Assembly: GCA_005889225.1 (NCBI GenBank)
Contig: VBEW01000079.1
Location: forward strand, 1-40,876
Length of the DNA: 40,876 nucleotides
Source of the DNA: Chloroflexota bacterium
Lineage (GTDB): Bacteria > Chloroflexota > Dormibacteria > CF-121
Direction of reading: 5' to 3'
In this document: in pieces, positions 25,210 through 38,564 of the stretch
Position numbering within the stretch: the stretch's first letter is position 1
How the letters are laid out: every line of letters begins with the position of its first letter
Program-made: the position numbers and the translations under genes
The notes under the pieces: generated by a model
Told to the model about the DNA's origin: nothing
Database searches by the model: none
Seen by the model: only the letters and a program-made list of their open reading frames with translations

Positions 25210-27786
25210 TCAGCCGCTGCGCTCGGCCACTTGCGCCGCGGCTTCGGGCTGCGGGGTGGCCGCCGGCTCAGCCACCGGGGTGCCTCCGTCGGGCGATGTT
25301 CCCTGCGTGCCATTGGTGGCGGCGAACCCGCCGCGTCGCCGACTACGCCGACGTCGAAACTTCCGCGGCGGCGCCGCTGCCCCATTCTCCGCGACGGGTG
25401 CTACCGCCGACTCGGTGCCGTTGCTGACCACGGGCGCTCCGGGCGTGACCGGACGGGGCCCGTAGCCGCGCCGGCGCCGACGCGGCCGGCCCGCCGGCCC
25501 ACCCGCCGGGCGCGGCCGTCGACGATCGCCGCGCCGCCGGCCACCCACGGCGGCGTCCATGGCGTGCAGCGCCCCGATCCCCGCGACGCGGCCCTCGCGC
25601 TCGACGTGCTCCAGCAAGGGTCGGTACAGGTCCTGGCCTTCGCGGCCGGTCATGGTTTCGATGTCGCCGACCACCACCAGCAGCTGCTTGGCCCGAGAGA
25701 TGGCGACGTTCAACCGCTGCGCCTTCTTCAGGAAGCCAATCCGCTCGGCCTCGTTGCTCCGCACCAGGCTGAGGATGACCACGTCCGCCTCTTCGCCCTC
25801 GAAGGCATCGACGGTGTCGACCGCCAGTCCGGGGAGCGCGACCATCCGCAGCTCGCGGCGCAGCTGCGTGACCTGGTCCTGGTACATGGCGATCACCGCG
25901 ACCCGCAACTGCTCGAGGTTAAGCCGCTGGAGGTGGCGGACGACACGGCCCACCGCCTCGATCTCGGCGCGGTTCGAGATGCTGCCCGATCCACCTTTCT
26001 TCTCCCGGCCGCGGATCGTCAGCCAGGTCAGGTTGCGGTTGAAGGGCCATGGCAGCGGAGAACGGAGCGCCGCCATCTCAGGCGAATTGCGCAGCCGGCC
26101 ATCGTACGAGGCGACCGACACATAACTCCCGATGGGGGCCGCCATCCGGTATTGCTCGTCGAGCATCACCAGGTTGGTCTCCGGCACGACGACCCAGCTC
26201 AACTCGAAGAAGCTGGCGTCCCGGACCATCGCCTTCGCCTCGTCCTCATCGACGGGGAAGGCCGCGGCACTTTCGTCGAGAACCGGCGGCAGCTGGCGGT
26301 GGTCGCCCACGAGCAGCCAGCGCGGGGCCAGCCGTAGCAGCGGCAGCGTCTCGGTGAAGCGGACCTTGTTGGCCTCGTCGAGGATGAGCCAGTCGAACAT
26401 CTCGGCTTCCTTACAGGCAAGCGCGATCCGGTTCACGGTTCCAAAGACGACATGCGCGTTGCGCACCCGTGGATCGTCGGCCTCCACGATGCTGGGCCGG
26501 AACTTCGGGTCGACCTTCTCGGGCTCGGCGATGCGCACCATTCGGAGCGAGTCGAGACCTTGCAGCCGCTCCTGCGCATTGTCCACGGCGGTGTTCGCGT
26601 GCGACGTCATCAGGATGCGCACGTTTGGATCCCGCGCCACCAACTGACGCACGGTCTCCACGATCGATGTCGTCTTCCCGGTTCCTGGTGGGCCCTGCAC
26701 CAGCTGCATGCTGCCGGGGAAGAGGTTGACCGCGCTGCGCACGGCTTGCTGCTGGCTGGGATTGAGGCGCTCGTCGAAGGGCTGCAACGCTCCAGTCCCG
26801 GGGGGCAGCACCTCGTCGGGTGCGATCAGCAGGGCCGCGACGCGGCGCAGGCTGATGTCGCCGGCGGCGAAGCCATTCAAGGTACGTTGCTGCACCTCGA
26901 CGACGGCCGTGATCGGCTGCGGCCGGACCGTGCCCGGCCCCAGCGCGCCGTCCTCCCGTAGCTTCACCAGCCAGCGACGGCCGCCGCCTTCCCCGCGGAG
27001 CAGGGTCCCTTCCCGGTCCGCGCCATGGGCGGTGCGGATGACGACGCGATCGCCTTCCTTGAACCCGCCGCGGCGACTGAGCACGATCAACGCCCCGGCG
27101 CTCCGGTCGCCGTTGGTCGCCCCGCACACGCTGCATTTGACGCCGTTCACCTGCAGGTTCTCGCACTTGCTGCAGATCACCCCTTCGGTCTCCACCTCGT
27201 AGGGCCGGGCGTCCTGCTCCGCCTGCCAGGCCAGCCACTGCCGTTCATGGTTGGCGAACGCCTGGCCGGCGAGCACCAGGGGCAGCTGCGCCGCCTCCTC
27301 GAGCGCCGTCAGCTGACGGCGGACCCAGTCTGCCTCGGGCACGTACGTGACGGCCTGCGGCACCGCCTCGGCGACCTCGATGGTGAGCACGTCGCCCGCA
27401 TCCTTCGTCGGGTCGGGGTCCGGCTGGAGGCGTTCGACGACGAAGGCGATGTCACGGCCCGGCAGGCCGAACAGCTGCCCGACCAGGCCGAAGCGCTCGA
27501 TGCTGGTGTCCGTCCGCTTCTGGAGGTTCAGGGTGTAGCGCACCGGCGCGTGCTTGATATCCACGTAGCCATCACCCTCGGTGGCCTCCGTCAGGAGGGC
27601 CATCAGGGCGTCCTGGCCGAGGTGTTCAAGCAACGTCTCAGCCTGGCTCTGCGGCGCGCCGCAGACGTTCAGCCGGACCGCGGTGATGTCGGGGGCACGG
27701 TGGGCAAACGGCGACCCCGCGACAACAGGCGGCAACCGTAAGGTCAAGGGCGCTCCTTGTGGCGCATAAGATTGGACCTGGCTCAA
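25210..27786 (-). CDS. SF1B (Upf1/DNA2/NAM7-like) helicase with Zn finger and Arg-rich tail
   Basis: LNPSQ, GPPGTGKT, NTAVDN, LDEA, VGDHRQLPP, QYRM, RLNVAISRAK; CSKC..CSVC. Possible alternative start CTG 27801. Confidence 0.9.
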   Translation of the reverse strand: MSQVQSYAPQGAPLTLRLPPVVAGSPFAHRAPDITAVRLNVCGAPQSQAETLLEHLGQDALMALLTEATEGDGYVDIKHAPVRYTLNLQKRTDTSIERFGLVGQLFGLPGRDIAFVVERLQPDPDPTKDAGDVLTIEVAEAVPQAVTYVPEADWVRRQLTALEEAAQLPLVLAGQAFANHERQWLAWQAEQDARPYEVETEGVICSKCENLQVNGVKCSVCGATNGDRSAGALIVLSRRGGFKEGDRVVIRTAHGADREGTLLRGEGGGRRWLVKLREDGALGPGTVRPQPITAVVEVQQRTLNGFAAGDISLRRVAALLIAPDEVLPPGTGALQPFDERLNPSQQQAVRSAVNLFPGSMQLVQGPPGTGKTTSIVETVRQLVARDPNVRILMTSHANTAVDNAQERLQGLDSLRMVRIAEPEKVDPKFRPSIVEADDPRVRNAHVVFGTVNRIALACKEAEMFDWLILDEANKVRFTETLPLLRLAPRWLLVGDHRQLPPVLDESAAAFPVDEDEAKAMVRDASFFELSWVVVPETNLVMLDEQYRMAAPIGSYVSVASYDGRLRNSPEMAALRSPLPWPFNRNLTWLTIRGREKKGGSGSISNRAEIEAVGRVVRHLQRLNLEQLRVAVIAMYQDQVTQLRRELRMVALPGLAVDTVDAFEGEEADVVILSLVRSNEAERIGFLKKAQRLNVAISRAKQLLVVVGDIETMTGREGQDLYRPLLEHVEREGRVAGIGALHAMDAAVGGRRRGDRRRPRPAGGPAGRPRRRRRGYGPRPVTPGAPVVSNGTESAVAPVAENGAAAPPRKFRRRRSRRRGGFAATNGTQGTSPDGGTPVAEPAATPQPEAAAQVAERSG

Positions 27787-27857
27787 CAGGTGGGCCGACA
27801 GCTAGCCACCCCTTCGGCGGAGCGTCGGACAGGCCGAATCGTCGATCCTGTCTAACC

Positions 27858-27888
27858 CGGCCCCCAGTATAACGCCAACTAGGGGCCG
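27858..27888 (-). promoter_or_regulatory. Helicase -10 (TATACT, 27871-27866) embedded in an inverted repeat
   Basis: CGGCCCC-C-AGT ... ACT-A-GGGGCCG flanks the -10 box. Confidence 0.5.
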
Positions 27889-27923
27889 ATGCCAGCGCCG
27901 CCGTTCCTCTAGCCTAGAGCGAG

Positions 27924-29474
27924 GTGGCAAAGACGGCATCCCTGAGCAGGGGCCAGCGGCGGGTGCAGCGCGCCCTGGAAGTGGCGCCGGGGGCGCTGAC
28001 CTGGACGATCCTGATCGCCCCGGCGGTCGCGTCATTCATCTTCGCCCCCTACATCGCGGTTGCCATGCTCGTGATCGACGTCTACTGGTTCCTTCGGACC
28101 GCGATGGTGGTGGTCGGCATTCGGAGGACCTACCGAAGGATGAAGCGCGCCATGAGCGAAGCCTGGTGGCCGCGCTGCCTGGCGCTGGCGCTCCCATCCG
28201 GCGCGCCGGATCCGCGCCGCATCGTCCATGCGGTCCTGATCCCCACGTACACGGAGCCCTATCAAATCCTCTACGAGACGGTCCGGGCGATCGCCGACGC
28301 CGACTACCCGAGCGAGAACAAGGTGGTGGCGATCATCACGCGGGAGAGCGACCGGCGCGGCTGGGAGAACGTTCGCCGGCTCCAGGAGGAGTTCTCACCA
28401 CGCCTTCGCGCGTTCTTTCATATCAAGGACCCGCTCCTTCCGGGGATCGTCGTGGGGAAATCCGCCGCCATGGCCTACGGCGGGCCGGTGTTGCGGCGCG
28501 AGCTGGACCGGATGGGCCTCGATCCGGTACGCGTCATCCTGACCGACCTCGACTCGGACTTCCGGGTCCATCCCCAGTATTTCGCGAACGTCACCTACCA
28601 GTACGTCACCGACCCGAGCCGGCGCGAGTGCCTCTTCCAGCCGATCCCGATGTTCCACAACAACCTCTGGCGGGTGCCGTTTGCGGTGCGGATCATGGCC
28701 AGCGCCTGCACCCAGTGGCAGATGTTCCTCTCGTCCCGGCCCGACCGGCTGGTCGCCTTCAGCAGCTACTCGATGTCGATGGACCTGGTCATCAAGGCCG
28801 GCTACTGGGACGACGACGTCATCCCCGAAGACTCGCGCTTCTACTGGAAGTCCTTCTTTGCCACCCACGGACGGCTCAAGGTGGTGCCCGTCTTCCTGCC
28901 CATCTACGGCGACGCGCCGGAGGCTTCGGATCGGGGCATGCCCTGGGAACGGGTGAAGACCCATGCCAATCAGTACAACCAGATCAAGCGATGGGCCTGG
29001 GGTGTGAGCGATGTGCCCTACGTGACCGTTCGGCTGCTCCGCCACGCCGAGATCTCCCTGTGGCTGCGCGCCCGTCGTTACGGGTACATGATCTTCAACC
29101 ACCTCACCTGGACCACCCTGCCGGTGCTCTTGCTGTTTGGCGCCGCGGTGCCCCGCTTGCTGCAAGAGGATTGGAACCTGGCGAACGCCGCCGACCGGCT
29201 CGGCCTCTACGCCTTCATCATCATCAACATCGCCTTCCTGAACATCGCCGCGCTGATCCTCGTCGAGCGGCGGATCAACCCGCCGATGCCACGTAACTGG
29301 GGCTTTACTCACCAGATCTGGGCCTACCTCCAGTTGGGGCTCTATCCGATCATTGGCCTGCTGTTCAGCGTCCTGCCGGCGCTCGAGGCCCAGACGCGGC
29401 TGATGCTGGGGATGTATCTCGAGTACAAGGTCACCGAGAAGGTGGCGGAGGGGACGGTCGAGGGAACCGCCTGA
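27924..29474 (+). CDS. Membrane-integrated processive-type GT2 glycosyltransferase
   Basis: IPTYTE, GKS, DLDSD, PEDS, QIKRW (D,D,D,QxxRW); N- and C-terminal TMs. Confidence 0.88.
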   Translation: MAKTASLSRGQRRVQRALEVAPGALTWTILIAPAVASFIFAPYIAVAMLVIDVYWFLRTAMVVVGIRRTYRRMKRAMSEAWWPRCLALALPSGAPDPRRIVHAVLIPTYTEPYQILYETVRAIADADYPSENKVVAIITRESDRRGWENVRRLQEEFSPRLRAFFHIKDPLLPGIVVGKSAAMAYGGPVLRRELDRMGLDPVRVILTDLDSDFRVHPQYFANVTYQYVTDPSRRECLFQPIPMFHNNLWRVPFAVRIMASACTQWQMFLSSRPDRLVAFSSYSMSMDLVIKAGYWDDDVIPEDSRFYWKSFFATHGRLKVVPVFLPIYGDAPEASDRGMPWERVKTHANQYNQIKRWAWGVSDVPYVTVRLLRHAEISLWLRARRYGYMIFNHLTWTTLPVLLLFGAAVPRLLQEDWNLANAADRLGLYAFIIINIAFLNIAALILVERRINPPMPRNWGFTHQIWAYLQLGLYPIIGLLFSVLPALEAQTRLMLGMYLEYKVTEKVAEGTVEGTA

Positions 29475-30657
29475 CGGGGCGGAGCAGCACGTAGGCGGTG
29501 AGGCCGCCGATGATCAGGGCGCCGTACAGGCCGACGGAGGAGAGCCAGGCCAGCGCCGGGTCTGCCTGGTAGACGGTCTCCCGAGCGCTGTCGAGCTGCG
29601 CCTGCAGCTCGAGAAGGAGCCACCCGACGGCACCGATCGCCACGAGCCACCAGCGGCCGCGGAGCGTGGTCCAGATGAAGACGACGCACAAGAGCAGCGG
29701 CGTGAAATTCCACAACGAGTTCTTGGGCGCCGCCACCACTCCGAGCCAGAGGCTGAGCGCCAGCGCGCCCTCCCACGGTCGTTGGGCGGCCACAAGCAGG
29801 ACCGCAACCGTGAGTGCCGCGAGGATGGCGACGGCGACCAGCATGAGCGGCTCAACCGGCAGTCCTGGCCAGGGCGGCCTGGTCCAGGTCGACGCAATCC
29901 CGAGCCGGCTGAGCCAGCCATTGATCGACTCGTTGGTCCAGTATGTGTCGGGTCCGAGGAAATATCCGGCCCGGCCCGCGACGCTGCCGGCGCCAAGCTG
30001 CGGGAGCAGCAGGACACCGAGCACCGTGAGGCCGATCGCGAGCCGGCGCCAGCGCGGCGGTCGCTCGGTGATGGCGGCCAGCAAGCCGCTTACCGGATAG
30101 AGCTTGATGGCGCTGGCGAGCCCGAGCATGGGTCCGGGGGCGACACAGCGATAGGCCACCGCCAGCGCAAGCAGGACCAGCAGGTTTGCCTGGCCGAAGT
30201 AGAGCGAGCCGATCACCGGCGGGAACAGCCCGGCGGCGGCCCCACCGGCAAGGGCGACGGGCCAGCTCAAACGTGGGATCGAGCCGAGCAGCAGCGCGAT
30301 CGCGCCACAAAGCGCGATCAAGCTCAGCCCCATGAAGATGAAGGAGGCCTGTGGCGCCGCGATCAGGGCCAGTGGCCGCAGCAGGTGCGCGAAGAAGACT
30401 GGATAGGAATAGCCAGCTCCTGTCTCTACCTGCAGGCCGGCCGCCCGCTGCACCGTGTGGAGGGCGCCGATGTCATATGGATCCTGGCCGCGATTCAGCA
30501 GCACACCCGCGGCCCAGTAATCGTAGAAATCGTTGAAAAGCCCGGAAGATCCGCGGGTTGCCACACTGTGGACCACCCGCGCCAGCGCCACCACCGCCGC
30601 CAGGACCCCGCCCACGACGGCGGCTGGTGGGAGCAGCTCGCTGCGCCGCCGGCTTAT
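29431..30657 (-). CDS. GT87/DUF2029 (GT-C fold) glycosyltransferase
   Basis: DFYDYWAAG, DPY, YSYP, GQAN, IKLYP, NES; multi-TM. Start at ATA 30657 or GTG 30615. Confidence 0.85.
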   Translation of the reverse strand: MSRRRSELLPPAAVVGGVLAAVVALARVVHSVATRGSSGLFNDFYDYWAAGVLLNRGQDPYDIGALHTVQRAAGLQVETGAGYSYPVFFAHLLRPLALIAAPQASFIFMGLSLIALCGAIALLLGSIPRLSWPVALAGGAAAGLFPPVIGSLYFGQANLLVLLALAVAYRCVAPGPMLGLASAIKLYPVSGLLAAITERPPRWRRLAIGLTVLGVLLLPQLGAGSVAGRAGYFLGPDTYWTNESINGWLSRLGIASTWTRPPWPGLPVEPLMLVAVAILAALTVAVLLVAAQRPWEGALALSLWLGVVAAPKNSLWNFTPLLLCVVFIWTTLRGRWWLVAIGAVGWLLLELQAQLDSARETVYQADPALAWLSSVGLYGALIIGGLTAYVLLRPVRRFPRPSPPPPSR

Positions 30658-31652
30658 CGTAGCCCGACCGCGTGTTGAACGCGCTGCAGGGTTGTGTCCG
30701 CGATCGGCGTCAGCCGATCGGCCGTCCCGCGCAGTTGACGCATCAGGGCCGCGTCGTCCGCACGGATCTCTCGATAGCGCTGCTGGATCGGGGTCAGGGC
30801 CTCGATCACGGCATCGGAGACCGCGCTCTTGAGCACGCTGTACGGCTTGCCGGTGAATTCCTGCTCGACGGCCGGCCAGGCCTTATCCGTAATGGTCCGG
30901 TAGATCTCCAGGAGATTTCGAACGCCTGCCCCGGCCGGGAACCGGACCGCCGGCTCGGCGTCCGTCTGCGCGCGGGCGAATTTCTTCCGGACCACGTCCG
31001 GTGGATCGAGCAGGAAGATGGCGTGCCCCGGCGTATCGCCGGCCAGGCTCTTGCTCATCTTCTTTTCGGGATCGTCGAGACCCATGATGCGGGCGCCGGC
31101 CGCCTGGATCATCGGCTCAGGCAGCGTAAATACGTCGCCGAACCGCTGGTTGATCCGCTGCGCGATATCTCGCGTGAGTTCAATGTGCTGTCGCTGGTCC
31201 TCTCCGACCGGCACGTAGCGCGTGTCATAAAGAAGGATGTCGGCGGCCATCAAGGCCGGATAGGCAAAAAGCCCGGCGCTCGAGCGCTCTCGCTCCCTTC
31301 CGCTTTTCTCTTTGAACTGCGTCATCCGCTCCAGCCAACCCATCGGGATGAAGCACTCGAGGATCCAGGCCAATTCGGGATGGGCGGGAATATGCGATTG
31401 GACGAACATCGCCTGCTCTTTCTTGATCCCGCTCGCCAGGTAGATGGCCGCCAGGCTCAACGTGTTCTCCCGCAGTGCCGCCGGATCTTGCGGGACGGTG
31501 ATGGTGTGCAGGTCGACGATGCAAAAGATGTTGTCGTACTTATCCTGGTCCCGGACCCAGTTCCGAATGGCACCCAGGTAGTTGCCGAGGTGAAGGCCAC
31601 CGCTCGGCTGGATGCCGGAGAACACGCGGGGCTTTCCCGGGTTCGATTGCAT
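30654..31652 (-). CDS. trpS: Tryptophan--tRNA ligase
   Basis: SGIQPSG, HLGNYLGA, YPALMAADIL, VGEDQ, KMSKS. Confidence 0.98.
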   Translation of the reverse strand: MQSNPGKPRVFSGIQPSGGLHLGNYLGAIRNWVRDQDKYDNIFCIVDLHTITVPQDPAALRENTLSLAAIYLASGIKKEQAMFVQSHIPAHPELAWILECFIPMGWLERMTQFKEKSGRERERSSAGLFAYPALMAADILLYDTRYVPVGEDQRQHIELTRDIAQRINQRFGDVFTLPEPMIQAAGARIMGLDDPEKKMSKSLAGDTPGHAIFLLDPPDVVRKKFARAQTDAEPAVRFPAGAGVRNLLEIYRTITDKAWPAVEQEFTGKPYSVLKSAVSDAVIEALTPIQQRYREIRADDAALMRQLRGTADRLTPIADTTLQRVQHAVGLR

Positions 31653-31694
31653 CCACGAATGTTAAGCAACCCGTTCCCGAAGGCCAGGCGGCGA

Positions 31695-32123
31695 CTACAT
31701 CAGCTGAAGGGTGTAGGTGAAGTTTGAGGTGACCGTCCTGCCGGCGACAACGGTAACTCGGCGCGGAGCCGCGTCTCCCACCACAGCCCCGATTCCGGTG
31801 GATGCCTGATGGGTGATGCCTGGCGTCACCGTCACGGCGTAGGTGCCGGGTGGCAGGGTAATGGAGTACACCCCGTTGGCATCGGTCGTCGCGGTTTTCT
31901 CCGAACCGCTTCCATTCGTCACCGACAGCCGGAATGTCAACGTGCCCGCGGCCAGCGGCCGCTCGGCACACCCCGATTGTTCTGGCCGGTAAGCGCCGCC
32001 GCACGCCCGGACGGTGACGTGGCCCGTCAACATGCCGGTCGAGGGGCCGAAGATGGCCGGACCGGCGGCGCAGCTGGAGAGGCTTATCGTCAGTAACCAG
32101 CCGACGACCGCTCGCTGCAACAT
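31695..32123 (-). CDS. Lipoprotein with carboxypeptidase-regulatory-like beta domain
   Basis: MLQRAVVGWLLTISLSSC lipobox; TTDANGVYSITLPPGTYAV. Start at ATG 32123. Confidence 0.78.
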   Translation of the reverse strand: MLQRAVVGWLLTISLSSCAAGPAIFGPSTGMLTGHVTVRACGGAYRPEQSGCAERPLAAGTLTFRLSVTNGSGSEKTATTDANGVYSITLPPGTYAVTVTPGITHQASTGIGAVVGDAAPRRVTVVAGRTVTSNFTYTLQLM

Positions 32124-32214
32124 TCTTCTTATTAGACGGATCAGGCCCTCGGAAAGTTCCGGTCCCGGAAGCGGCGAACGTGTTACGGGCTGAGGCTGAA
32201 CTAGAATCCGCGCC

Positions 32215-33645
32215 GTGGGCGAGCGCCTGGCCTCCAAGACCTTGCGCAACAGCGCGCTGGTCGTGGGAGCGCGAGCCCTGGCCAAGCTCGCGGTGTTTGC
32301 GGTCGTGGTGCTCCTCGTGCGTCACCTCGGTGACGAGCGCTACGGGCGGTTCGCCACGGTGGTCGTCTATGTGACCCTGGTCGGCGTGGTGGCGGATCTC
32401 GGTTTGCAGACCGTCTTCATTCGGGACGTCTCGCGCGATCGCCGCGAGTTCCGCCGTTACCTCTCAAATCTCGTCGCTACGCGCTTCGTCCTGTCGGTGG
32501 CCGCGCTCGTTGTTCTGGCGGGTGCGCTCCGCCTCTTCGCCCCCATCCTCTTTCCCTACACGATCGCGGCCTTTACGCTGCTGCTCACCACCAGCTATTC
32601 GAGCCTGCTGCGCGCGGTCTTCTACATCCGTGGCCGGCTGATCTACGAGGCGGTTGCGATTATCGCTGAGGCGATCCTCCTCCTGGGCCTGACCTTGCTG
32701 GCGATCAACCGGGGGGCCAGCTGGGATGCCTTCCTCTGGGTCTACTCGGCAGGCTACCTCTTCACCTGCCTGTTCGCGATCGCGATCATCCGCTGGCGCT
32801 GGAACGAGCCCATCGAGCCGCGCCTCGACCCCGCCTTTGTCCGCCGCTTGCTGGCGGCCGGCATGCCGCTCGCGCTGGGCTTCACGATCACAACCATCTA
32901 CGCCCAGGTCGATGTCGTCCTCCTCCAGGTGCTCAAAGGATTCCAGATGGTCGGCTGGTACGCCGCCGCCAACCGATTCGTCGACGCCGTCGCCTGGATT
33001 CCCCAGTCGGCGATGGGCGCCGTCTTCCCGGCGCTCTCACTGGTGGCGGCGACGGAAACCCGGCGGCTGGTCTTTGCCTACGAGAAGTCCTTCAAGATGC
33101 TGGCGATCATCGCCCTTCCGCTGGCCGTTGGCATCGGCGTCACGGCCGACTCCCTCGTGACACTCGCGTTCGGTCACGGCTTCGCGCAGTCGATCCCTGC
33201 GCTGCGCATCCTTGCCCCGTCCATCGCGTTGCTGTTCGTCAACAACGCCTTCATCTACACGCTCACCGCCATCAATCGCCAGATCGATTTCACCCGGCTT
33301 TCGCTCGCCACCCTGGTCGTCAACATCACGCTCAACCTGGCGCTCATCCCACCCTACGGCTATCTCGGCGCTGCGGCGGCTTCGACCCTGACCGAAGTCG
33401 CGCTCTTTACCGGGGGTCTGTGGCTCCTGCGCCGGCATCTTGCCCCGCTGCGGGTGGTTGGAAGCACGGGGCGAGTGATCGCGAGCGCCGCCGTGATGGG
33501 CGCTGTCCTGTACCCGATCCGCGCGTGGCCGCTCGCTATTGTGGTCGTCATCGGCGCCGCGGTCTACGTGGCGGCGGTGTTCGCTCTGCGGGCGCTCGAT
33601 GCCGAGGAATGGTCGATCCTGCGCTCCGGGCTGATCGTCCGCTAG
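32215..33645 (+). CDS. Wzx-like (MOP) oligosaccharide flippase
   Basis: LGDERYG, DLGL, DVVLL...VGWYAAA, LIPPYGYLGAAAA; many TMs. Confidence 0.92.
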   Translation: MGERLASKTLRNSALVVGARALAKLAVFAVVVLLVRHLGDERYGRFATVVVYVTLVGVVADLGLQTVFIRDVSRDRREFRRYLSNLVATRFVLSVAALVVLAGALRLFAPILFPYTIAAFTLLLTTSYSSLLRAVFYIRGRLIYEAVAIIAEAILLLGLTLLAINRGASWDAFLWVYSAGYLFTCLFAIAIIRWRWNEPIEPRLDPAFVRRLLAAGMPLALGFTITTIYAQVDVVLLQVLKGFQMVGWYAAANRFVDAVAWIPQSAMGAVFPALSLVAATETRRLVFAYEKSFKMLAIIALPLAVGIGVTADSLVTLAFGHGFAQSIPALRILAPSIALLFVNNAFIYTLTAINRQIDFTRLSLATLVVNITLNLALIPPYGYLGAAAASTLTEVALFTGGLWLLRRHLAPLRVVGSTGRVIASAAVMGAVLYPIRAWPLAIVVVIGAAVYVAAVFALRALDAEEWSILRSGLIVR

Positions 33646-33673
33646 CTAACGGGCCTAACCCTAAACTACTCGC

Positions 33674-34210
33674 GTGCCAGCAGATGGCGCTATCGTTCGC
33701 GCCCTCGCGGAGAAGATCCGCGATGTGCCGAATTTCCCCAAAGAGGGCATCCTCTTCAAGGACATCACCACCCTCCTCCAGGATGCCGGGGCCTTCAAGC
33801 AGGCGGTCGACATCATGGCGGACACCTACCGCGGGAAGGCGGTCGAGCTGGTGGTCGGCGTCGAGTCGCGCGGGTTCATCTTCGGCGGCGCGCTCGCCTA
33901 CCTGCTCGATGCCGGCTTCGTCCCGGTGCGCAAGGAAGGCAAGCTCCCCGGTCAGAAGATTTCGCAGGCCTACGCGCTCGAGTACGGTTCGGCGGTGCTC
34001 GAGATGCACAAAGATGCGATCAAGCCAGGTCAGGCGGTCGTGATCGTCGATGACCTGCTGGCGACCGGTGGCACGGCGCGGACGACGGCCCGCCTGGTCC
34101 AGCAGCTGGGCGGCAAGGTCGTCGGGATCTCGTTCCTCATCGAACTGAGGTTCCTCAAGGGCGCCGACAACCTGTCCGGATACAACGTCGTTTCCCATTT
34201 GAAGTTCTAG
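33674..34210 (+). CDS. apt: Adenine phosphoribosyltransferase
   Basis: FPKEGILFKDIT, ESRGF, RKEGKLP, LEYG, VDDLLATGGT. Confidence 0.97.
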   Translation: MPADGAIVRALAEKIRDVPNFPKEGILFKDITTLLQDAGAFKQAVDIMADTYRGKAVELVVGVESRGFIFGGALAYLLDAGFVPVRKEGKLPGQKISQAYALEYGSAVLEMHKDAIKPGQAVVIVDDLLATGGTARTTARLVQQLGGKVVGISFLIELRFLKGADNLSGYNVVSHLKF

Positions 34211-37595
<3,385 letters not shown>

Positions 37596-37603
<8 letters not shown>

Positions 37604-38564
37604 AAGCCAGACTATCCTCGTTACCGGCATCGACGGCTTCGCCGGGAGCCACCTCTGCGACCTTCTCATCCGCCGCCGCTACTCGGTCCACGGGACGATC
37701 CGGCGTCCGCAGGCGGATCCACGGGCCGAGCTTTCGGCGCAGGTCGTCACCTACCGCGTCGACCTGCTCGACCGGGACGCCGTTGAGGCGCTGGTGCACG
37801 AGGTGCGGCCGCACTGGGTGTTCCACCTGGCGGCGCTGAGCAGCCCGGCGGCGTCGTGGGACGATCCCGGCGGGACGATCGCCACCAACGCCAGCCTCGA
37901 GGCGAACCTGCTGGGTGCACTGGTCCGGCTCGATCCGATGCCCCGGGTGCTGGTGGTGGGATCCGGCGATGAGTACGGCCGGCCGGCCGGCCGACGCCGG
38001 CTCGATGAGAACACCCCCTTGCGTCCGCTCACGCCCTACGGAGTGAGCAAGGTCGCCCAGGACCTGCTCGCGCTGCAGTACCACTTGAGCCATGGGCTGC
38101 CGGCGGTGCGGGTGCGACCCTTCAACCACGCGGGACCGCGCCAGGCCCCGCAGTACGCGATCGCCAGCTTCGCGCAACAGATCGCCCGGATCGAGCTGGG
38201 CAAGCAACCACCGGTGCTGAAGGTGGGCAATCTTCAGGCGCGGCGTGACTTTACCGATGTCCGTGACATCGCACGCGCCTATCTCCTCGCGGTGGCGAAG
38301 GGGAAGCCGGGTGAGGTGTACAACCTCGGCTCGGGATCGGCGTCGCGGTTGCGCGACGTCCTGGCGCGCCTCTTGACGATGACCCGGGCGAAGGTCGCCC
38401 TGGAGGTGGATCCGGGACGGGCGCGCATGGCTGAGGCCGATGTCTACCTCTGCGACGCCCGCCGCTTCCAGCGGCTCACCGGCTGGCGGCCGCGGATTGC
38501 GCTGGACCGCACCCTGCGGGACACGCTCAACTACTGGCGTCGCTCCGAGGGGAGTGCTGTCTGA
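37596..38564 (+). CDS. rmd: GDP-4-keto-6-deoxy-D-mannose reductase (Rmd)-like extended SDR
   Basis: TGIDGFAG Rossmann motif lies upstream of the track start (37794); [34 protein letters not shown]. Confidence 0.78.

Noticed and set aside
25320-25550. CGC/CGG-rich repetitive stretch as a DNA repeat or CRISPR-like array
   Set aside because: It is explained by the Arg-rich helicase tail, and there is no repeat-spacer periodicity.
25210-27786. Helicase as part of an anti-phage defence system
   Set aside because: There is no associated nuclease, methylase, toxin or mobile context in the window. This is not excluded, but it is unsupported.
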